Below are positions 58,335-64,000 of a stretch of DNA of 64,000 bases, one piece after another. The DNA comes from Candidatus Latescibacterota bacterium. GTDB taxonomy: Bacteria; Latescibacterota; UBA2968; GCA-2709665. The stretch lies in the NCBI GenBank assembly GCA_965248435.1, contig OZ252100.1, positions 3,744,001-3,808,000 on the forward strand. The letters are read 5' to 3'. How positions within the stretch are numbered: position 1 is the stretch's first letter; each line of letters starts with the position of its first letter. The position numbers and the translations under genes are program-made. The notes beneath the pieces are model-generated. The model had not been told where the DNA came from. It saw nothing but the letters and a program-made list of their open reading frames with translations, and ran no database searches.

Positions 58335-59918
58335 ATGAAACTTGGCGAGTTGAGAAAGAGACGCGAGCTGGCCGCCCATCGCAGGCGGCGCGTGATCTTC
58401 AACAACGACGGCAATACTATAATGTACAGACTCGGCGACGACGATATCAGTCGCGAGGCGCTCCTGGCCGACCGAACGACGCCCCTCCTCGGCACGCACG
58501 TGGATTCGATCTTCTACTGCACGAGCGCCGGCCTGGGGATGAGTACCCACATGAGCGAGGTCTCGGAGCCTTTCATTTCGAGGGAGGGGGTCTTCGAGGC
58601 GAACCAGACGAGGGCGTTTCACGAGGCGGGCTTGGACCCGCTGGAGATCATGGTCGACTTCTGCAGGGCGAACGAGATCGAGGTCTTCTGGTCGATGCGG
58701 ATGAACGACATTCACGACTCCTACCCGCTGTGGCACATGCTGGGGTCGCAGTTCAAGAAGGACAACCCACAGCTGCTCTTCGGGTCGCTGGCGGAACCTC
58801 CCGCCTTCGGATTCTGGTCAGGGGCGGCCTACGACGAGGCTGAGGTCCGAGAAAAGGCGTTCCGGATGCAGGAGGATGTCTGCAAGAGGTACGACGTGGA
58901 CGGGATCGAGATGGACTGGATGCGCCACCCGCCTCACTTCAGATGCAACGCGGACGGGGAGGACTGTACGCAGGCGGAGCGGGATGTGATGACCGACTTT
59001 CATCGCCGGATTCGCGAGATGACCGAACAGATCGGCCTGGAGCGGGGCCGCCCGATCCTCGTCGCGGTGAGGATTCCGGCCTCGGTTTCGTGCTGCGAGG
59101 CGATCGGCCTTGACGTGACGAGATGGCTGGAGGAGGGTCTGGTGGACCTGCTGATTCCGGGCGAGTGGGAGCTGGCGCCCTGGGACGGTTTGGTGGCGCT
59201 GGGCCACAGGCACGGCGTGCCTGTCTATCCCTGCCTGAGCTGGTCCGGGTCCAAGCGGCGCGAGGGCCCGCCCGGCACGCAGGACGGGCTCCCGACGAGA
59301 CACTTTCGATCGCGCGTCATGAACGTCTGGCACTCGGGCGCCGACGGCGTCTACACCTTCAATTATTTCGACCTGGTCGCCAATCGGCCGGGGATGAGAG
59401 GCCAGAAACGCCGCAAGGACGATCCAGAGAGCTCGGGGTGGCGAGAGATGGGAGACCCCGATTTTCTCACACGGCTCGACAAGGATTACCTCCCGGACGG
59501 ACATTTCCGATTTCTGATCGGACGTGAAGTCAGAGACCTCCTCCGCTTCCTGGAGCTGCCCACCGCGCTGGACCCCGAGATTCCGCAGAAGCTGGAACCT
59601 ACGCGGCCTTTCACTGTGAAGATGACGATCGGTGAGGATCCCTCTGCCCACGGCCCCGAATCCAGACCCGAGGTGACGCTCAGCGTTCAGGCAGAGGGCA
59701 TGACCACCGCGGACGGCGTGGAGGTAAGGCTGAATGATCGCGATGTTTCAGGCGCGTCTCTCAATGGCGAATGGGTCAGCTACGGCATCGAGCCCGAGCG
59801 GATCCGGAAGGGCGCGAACACGGTAAGAGTCATAAACCGGGACCCCTCCAACAAGGGGATCGTCCTCAAGAACGTCCACGTGCGTATTGCCCATCCGGGC
59901 AACAATGACAACGGATAG
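58335..59918 (+). CDS. GHL10/DUF187-like putative glycoside hydrolase, second subgroup paralog
   Basis: Similar to 56702-58222; start set at homologous ATG after ggag. Confidence 0.7.
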   Translation: MKLGELRKRRELAAHRRRRVIFNNDGNTIMYRLGDDDISREALLADRTTPLLGTHVDSIFYCTSAGLGMSTHMSEVSEPFISREGVFEANQTRAFHEAGLDPLEIMVDFCRANEIEVFWSMRMNDIHDSYPLWHMLGSQFKKDNPQLLFGSLAEPPAFGFWSGAAYDEAEVREKAFRMQEDVCKRYDVDGIEMDWMRHPPHFRCNADGEDCTQAERDVMTDFHRRIREMTEQIGLERGRPILVAVRIPASVSCCEAIGLDVTRWLEEGLVDLLIPGEWELAPWDGLVALGHRHGVPVYPCLSWSGSKRREGPPGTQDGLPTRHFRSRVMNVWHSGADGVYTFNYFDLVANRPGMRGQKRRKDDPESSGWREMGDPDFLTRLDKDYLPDGHFRFLIGREVRDLLRFLELPTALDPEIPQKLEPTRPFTVKMTIGEDPSAHGPESRPEVTLSVQAEGMTTADGVEVRLNDRDVSGASLNGEWVSYGIEPERIRKGANTVRVINRDPSNKGIVLKNVHVRIAHPGNNDNG

Positions 59919-59951
59919 CCGACGACAGTCGGGGAAGTTTATGGTGAGCGT

Positions 59952-60935
59952 ATGAAGCATCGAAGATTCGGAAATACCGGGCTGGAGGTGTCAGAGATCG
60001 GCCTCGGCGCCTTCCCGATCGCCGGGCTGCGCAAGCGGGAGGACGGAACATACTACGGGTGGACGGGAACGAACGACGAGGAGTCGATCGCGCTTCTCCA
60101 CAGGGCCGAGGAGCTGGGTGTAAACCTGATCGATTCCGCGGAGGGCTACGGGGGCGGACACAGCGAGGTCCTGGCGGGAAGGGCCCTGAAGGGCCGGAGA
60201 GACAGGTGGATCATCGCCACGAAGGTCGCGCCCAATCAGGGAATCGAGGAGGGGCAAGTGGATGAAGCGGCCGTCCGAAAGCGGATCCGTGAGGCGTGTG
60301 AAGGCAGTCTGGAGCGGCTGGACACCCATTGGATCGACCTGTACCAGCTTCACGCCGTGCCCCACGAATGGGCCATGCCGGCAGTGATGGAGACGCTGGA
60401 GGCGCTGAAGCAGGAGGGCAAGGTGAGATGGTACGGGATTTCGATCAACGATCGGGCGGCGATCGACAAGCTGCGGGCGTTGGGCCCTATCGACGTCCTG
60501 CAGATCGGCTACAACCTGATCGAACGGGATGCCGATGCGCTGCTCCACTGGGCCAAAGCGCAGGAGATCGGGACGCTGATCCGGGTCCCCCTGGCGAAGG
60601 GATGGCTGAGCGGAAACTACCACGGCCCGAACGCCAAAAGCCTCACGAAGGAGGACGTGCGTTTCGTGCGGTTCAACCGGCCCGAATCGGTCGACGCGCT
60701 GAAGAAACTTCCCCAGCTCGACTTTATCGCCAGGCCGGACCGGACGATGGCGCAGGCGGCGCTTCGGTTCGTCCTGGACCATCCCGGGGTTTCGTCCGTG
60801 ATTGCCGGTGCGAAGAACAGAGAGCAGATCGAGGAGAATGTAGCGGCTTGTGACGTCGCGTCATTGTCCGATGACGAGCGGAAGCGCGCCTTCGAGATCG
60901 CAGATACGATTACGACGCCAGGTTGGATAGGGTAG
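59952..60935 (+). CDS. aldo/keto reductase
   Basis: VSEIGLG, DSAEGYG, ATK, SLERL..IDLYQLH, PLAKG. Confidence 0.93.
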   Translation: MKHRRFGNTGLEVSEIGLGAFPIAGLRKREDGTYYGWTGTNDEESIALLHRAEELGVNLIDSAEGYGGGHSEVLAGRALKGRRDRWIIATKVAPNQGIEEGQVDEAAVRKRIREACEGSLERLDTHWIDLYQLHAVPHEWAMPAVMETLEALKQEGKVRWYGISINDRAAIDKLRALGPIDVLQIGYNLIERDADALLHWAKAQEIGTLIRVPLAKGWLSGNYHGPNAKSLTKEDVRFVRFNRPESVDALKKLPQLDFIARPDRTMAQAALRFVLDHPGVSSVIAGAKNREQIEENVAACDVASLSDDERKRAFEIADTITTPGWIG

Positions 60936-60960
60936 ATCTGAACCATTTTGCTAGTACCGG

Positions 60961-61016
60961 CCCCTCGATACGATTTCGATTCTCGGCCTCTGGCCGCGAA
61001 TCGAAATCACTCGGGG
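60961..61016. repeat. CCTCGATACG...ACTCGG hairpin repeat
   Basis: Long imperfect stem; ends are the reverse complement of the ccgagt...cgtatcgagg module at ~43999 and ~45817. Confidence 0.65.
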
Positions 61017-61110
61017 ATGCGGTAGTTTTCGTTTTAGTGATTCCAGCGCAGTGAAACAGTCATAAGAGCAACAATAATAACCAGGACATCTTTACTTAGT
61101 GAGGAGCGCC

Positions 61111-62373
61111 GTGAGCTTCGAATCCAGAGTCCAGGAGATCGATTCCCTGATCGATCAACACAGGGAATTCAGAGAGAACAGCCTAAATCTTATCGCTTCC
61201 GAGAATCACCCCAGCGCGCTGGTGGATCGATTGGTTTCTCACGATCTGAATCACCGGTACGGAAACTATATAGGGATCGATCTGTTCCACCGGCACTACC
61301 AGGGAAATCGTTACATCGCCCAGATCGAGGCGCTGGCACACGATGTGGCCAAAGAACTTTTCGGGGCCGCATACGTGGACCTGCGCCCCCTGTCGGGGAA
61401 TCTGGCGGGTGTAGCGGCGACGTTCGCGCTCGCGAGACCGGGCGATACGGCCCTGGAAGTGCCCTTCGGACACAAGTACGCCCTGAAGCTGTCCGGGACC
61501 GCGCTCGAAGTCGACCTCAAGTCTATCCAGATTCCGTGGGACTGGGAGCGATTCAACGTCGATCTGGAGAAGACGGTTTCGCTCATCGAGCAGGAGCGGC
61601 CGAAGCTGGTGACGATCGGATCGGGGGTCTTTCTGTTTCCACATCCCGTGAGAGAGATCAGAGAGGCGATGGATAGATATGTCCCGGACTCCTACCTGAT
61701 CTTCGACGCGGCCCACGTGATCGGCCTGATCGCTGGAAAGCAGTTTCCGAACCCGCTCGAGGAGGGGGCGGATGTGGTCATCTCGAGCACGCACAAGACG
61801 CTGGCCGGACCCCAGGGGGGTCTGGTGATGACGAATGAGAAATCGCTCGCGGAGCAGATCGGTCCGGCGATCGCGCCGCTGCTGGAGAGCAATCACCACC
61901 TGGGACGGATCCCCTCACTCGCCGCCACCTTCCTGGAGTGGATCGAATTCGGGGAGGCCCACGCGAGCGCGGTGATCAGCAACGCGAAGGCACTGGGGGC
62001 CGCGCTGCACGAACGCGGCATTCCGCTTGTCGGAGAGGCACTGGGCTACACGGAGACGCATACGCTGCTCCTGATCGTGGAGGCGTTCGGGGAGGGCAAA
62101 GCGGTGGCGGACCGGCTGGAGGCGTGCAACATCATCGCGGGGGCGATGGCGCTTTCCGAGGAATTGGGGACACACGGATTGCGGATCGGTGTCCAGGAAC
62201 TGACGCGGACCGGGATGACGGAGGCGGATGTGCCGGAGATTGCGGACTGCATCGTAGACGCTTTGAAGGAAGTGGATCCCGAGCAGGTCAGAAGCCGGGT
62301 GCGCGACCTTGCGAACCGATTCAGACAGGTCCGATTCACATCGGAAGCTGAAGAGGGGGGGGAAGTGAGATGA
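61111..62373 (+). CDS. serine hydroxymethyltransferase-like PLP enzyme (archaeal-type/divergent)
   Basis: LNLIASEN, DAAHVIGLIAG, STHKTLAGPQGG, SNHH, GLRIG; start may be GTG 61099. Confidence 0.8.
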   Translation: MSFESRVQEIDSLIDQHREFRENSLNLIASENHPSALVDRLVSHDLNHRYGNYIGIDLFHRHYQGNRYIAQIEALAHDVAKELFGAAYVDLRPLSGNLAGVAATFALARPGDTALEVPFGHKYALKLSGTALEVDLKSIQIPWDWERFNVDLEKTVSLIEQERPKLVTIGSGVFLFPHPVREIREAMDRYVPDSYLIFDAAHVIGLIAGKQFPNPLEEGADVVISSTHKTLAGPQGGLVMTNEKSLAEQIGPAIAPLLESNHHLGRIPSLAATFLEWIEFGEAHASAVISNAKALGAALHERGIPLVGEALGYTETHTLLLIVEAFGEGKAVADRLEACNIIAGAMALSEELGTHGLRIGVQELTRTGMTEADVPEIADCIVDALKEVDPEQVRSRVRDLANRFRQVRFTSEAEEGGEVR

Positions 62374-63323
62374 AGATCGTCGTCACCGGCCACGTGAAGG
62401 GCAAGTTTCTGGGTGAGCTACGCGAGGAGTTCCCGGATATCGATTTCGTGCCTGCAGCCACGAAGGAAGAAGAGATCGAGCAAATCCGGGACGCGGAGGC
62501 CCTGTTTGGCGAGCTGTCGCGGGAGGCCTTCCTGGCAGGTGAAAGACTGAAGTGGGTCCAGATTCCTGGGACCGGGGTCGACCGGGTGACCGCCATCCCG
62601 GAGCTGGTCAAGAGCGACGTCGTGCTGACGAACGTGAGGGGTCCGCACGCGGACCCGATGGCCGATCACGTCTTTCTGTTCATGCTGACGCTCGCCCACC
62701 GTGGACGCGATCTCTGGGCCGATCAGGCCGCGCACTACTGGGACTGGAGGCAATATGACAACCAGTTCGTGGAGCTGAACCAGGCGACGATGGGCATCCT
62801 GGCCCTGGGAGACATAGGGAGGGCTGTAGCCCGTCGCGCACACGGGTTCGGGATGGAGGTCTATGCCGTCGATGCCCGACCGTCCGAGCCGCCGCCTGAG
62901 GTCAAGGAAGTGTGGGGCCTGGATCGGTTGAACGATCTGCTTGAGATTTCAGACTGGTTCGTCATCACTGCTCCGCTGACGCCGGAAACCCGCGGGCTGA
63001 TCGATCGCGAGAAGCTGGGAAAGCTGAAGGAGGGGGGGTACGTCATCGTGATCTCCCGTGGGGGAATTCTGGACGAGGCCGCGCTTATCGACGGACTGCG
63101 TTCGGGTCGGATTCGGGGAGCGGGGCTGGATGCGACGGCAGAAGAACCGATTCCCGAAGACAGCCCGCTTTGGGATACAGAGAACCTGCTCCTTACGGCG
63201 CACTGCTCTGCGGTGTCGGACAGGCTGTGGAGGGGGCGTGCCGATGGGATGAAAGAGAACCTGCGAAGGTATCTGGCGGGAGAGCCTTTCCTTTATGTTT
63301 GTGATAAGGAAGCCGGCTTTTGA
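62370..63323 (+). CDS. D-2-hydroxyacid dehydrogenase
   Basis: LGDIG, PLTPETRG, SRG, AGLD...EP, TAH. Confidence 0.92.
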   Translation: MKIVVTGHVKGKFLGELREEFPDIDFVPAATKEEEIEQIRDAEALFGELSREAFLAGERLKWVQIPGTGVDRVTAIPELVKSDVVLTNVRGPHADPMADHVFLFMLTLAHRGRDLWADQAAHYWDWRQYDNQFVELNQATMGILALGDIGRAVARRAHGFGMEVYAVDARPSEPPPEVKEVWGLDRLNDLLEISDWFVITAPLTPETRGLIDREKLGKLKEGGYVIVISRGGILDEAALIDGLRSGRIRGAGLDATAEEPIPEDSPLWDTENLLLTAHCSAVSDRLWRGRADGMKENLRRYLAGEPFLYVCDKEAGF

Positions 63324-63431
63324 ACAACGGGTACCGGGAAACCAAAACACGGGTACCGGGTACCGTAAAACGGCCATTCTCGCGGCGGAGTTTCGCGCAA
63401 TCAACTGTTTGAGTCCTATGGTGATGGCGAG

Positions 63432-64000
63432 ATGAAGATCGCGAAGATCGAAGCGATTGCGATCAACGTTCCCTACAAGATCCCTGTAGTGATCGCCACG
63501 GGGACGCTGGAGGTGCAGGAGAACGTCCTCGTGCGCGTCACGGCGGATGATGGAACGGTCGGGCTTGGCGAGACACAGCCGATCCCGTGCTTTCAGGGCT
63601 GCGGCGAGACGCAGGACACGATCCTGTCGCTGATCCGAAACGTTTACACGCCGCTGATCCTGGGGCGCAGTCCTTTCGACATCGAAAGGCTGAACCAGGT
63701 CATGGAGCGAGCGGTGAACGGGGGCAGCTATGCCCGGACCGCCGTGAGCGACGCCTTCTACGACCTGGTGGCCCGAGCACTTGACGTGCCGCTCTACGAC
63801 CTGCTGGGGGGGTGCTGCAGGGACAAGATTCCCAGCGTCTGGTCGATCGGGATGAAGCCGGCGGGAGAGATGGCGGATGAAGCCAGACGACAGGTCGATC
63901 GAGGTTACTTTCTTCTGAAGTGCAAGATCGGGGCGCCCGATGCCGAGACCGATGTCCGAAACGTGGCGGCCGTGAGGGAAGCCCTGGGTCCCGGTGTCGC
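63432..64000 (+). CDS. enolase superfamily muconate cycloisomerase/dipeptide epimerase-like protein, 3' truncated by window
   Basis: Own translation: MKIAKIEAI...DDGTVGLGE...DVPLYDLLGG...LKCKIG; frame open to window end. Confidence 0.85.
   Translation, partial: MKIAKIEAIAINVPYKIPVVIATGTLEVQENVLVRVTADDGTVGLGETQPIPCFQGCGETQDTILSLIRNVYTPLILGRSPFDIERLNQVMERAVNGGSYARTAVSDAFYDLVARALDVPLYDLLGGCCRDKIPSVWSIGMKPAGEMADEARRQVDRGYFLLKCKIGAPDAETDVRNVAAVREALGPGV

Noticed and set aside
913-59651. Long minus-strand ORFs (e.g. 913-2274, 24104-25648, 31137-32477, 34844-36385)
   Set aside because: Antisense shadows of well-supported + strand genes in GC-rich DNA, with no recognisable motifs.
30117-59918. Diversity-generating retroelement explaining the paralog variation
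   Set aside because: No reverse transcriptase in the window; differences span whole genes and do not look adenine-specific.

Overview
GC-rich bacterial DNA in which every credible gene lies on the + strand. It is a catabolic, carbohydrate-processing accessory region: enolase-superfamily enzymes, a BNR/sialidase-like protein, SGNH hydrolase, HpcH aldolases, GH127, PhyH dioxygenases, SDRs, a cyclase-HADH-FAH-SDR-ThDP operon, and tandem paralog sets (three ~820-aa propeller-type proteins, five GHL10-like TIM barrels, two divergent GH36, a PhyH pair). It also holds a TonB-dependent receptor / T9SS-CTD protein / PorV operon, which suggests an FCB-group host such as Latescibacterota (inference). 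Intergenic DNA is filled with short palindromic repeat families, often nested inside one another. Mobile elements: two Y1 HUH transposases (a RAYT and an IS200-like TnpA), two near-identical ISL3 copies inserted at the centre of the same palindrome family, a non-autonomous ISL3-ended element and an IS30. Best leads: TnpA end repeats forming empty tandem elements and also bracketing a 2.5-kb cargo gene; repeat-bounded gene amplification; the SusD-less TBDR-T9SS-PorV triad; palindrome-targeted stacked ISL3 insertions; and GH36 paralogs whose two catalytic Asp positions are Glu. Product calls come from motifs recognised by eye; no database search was run.
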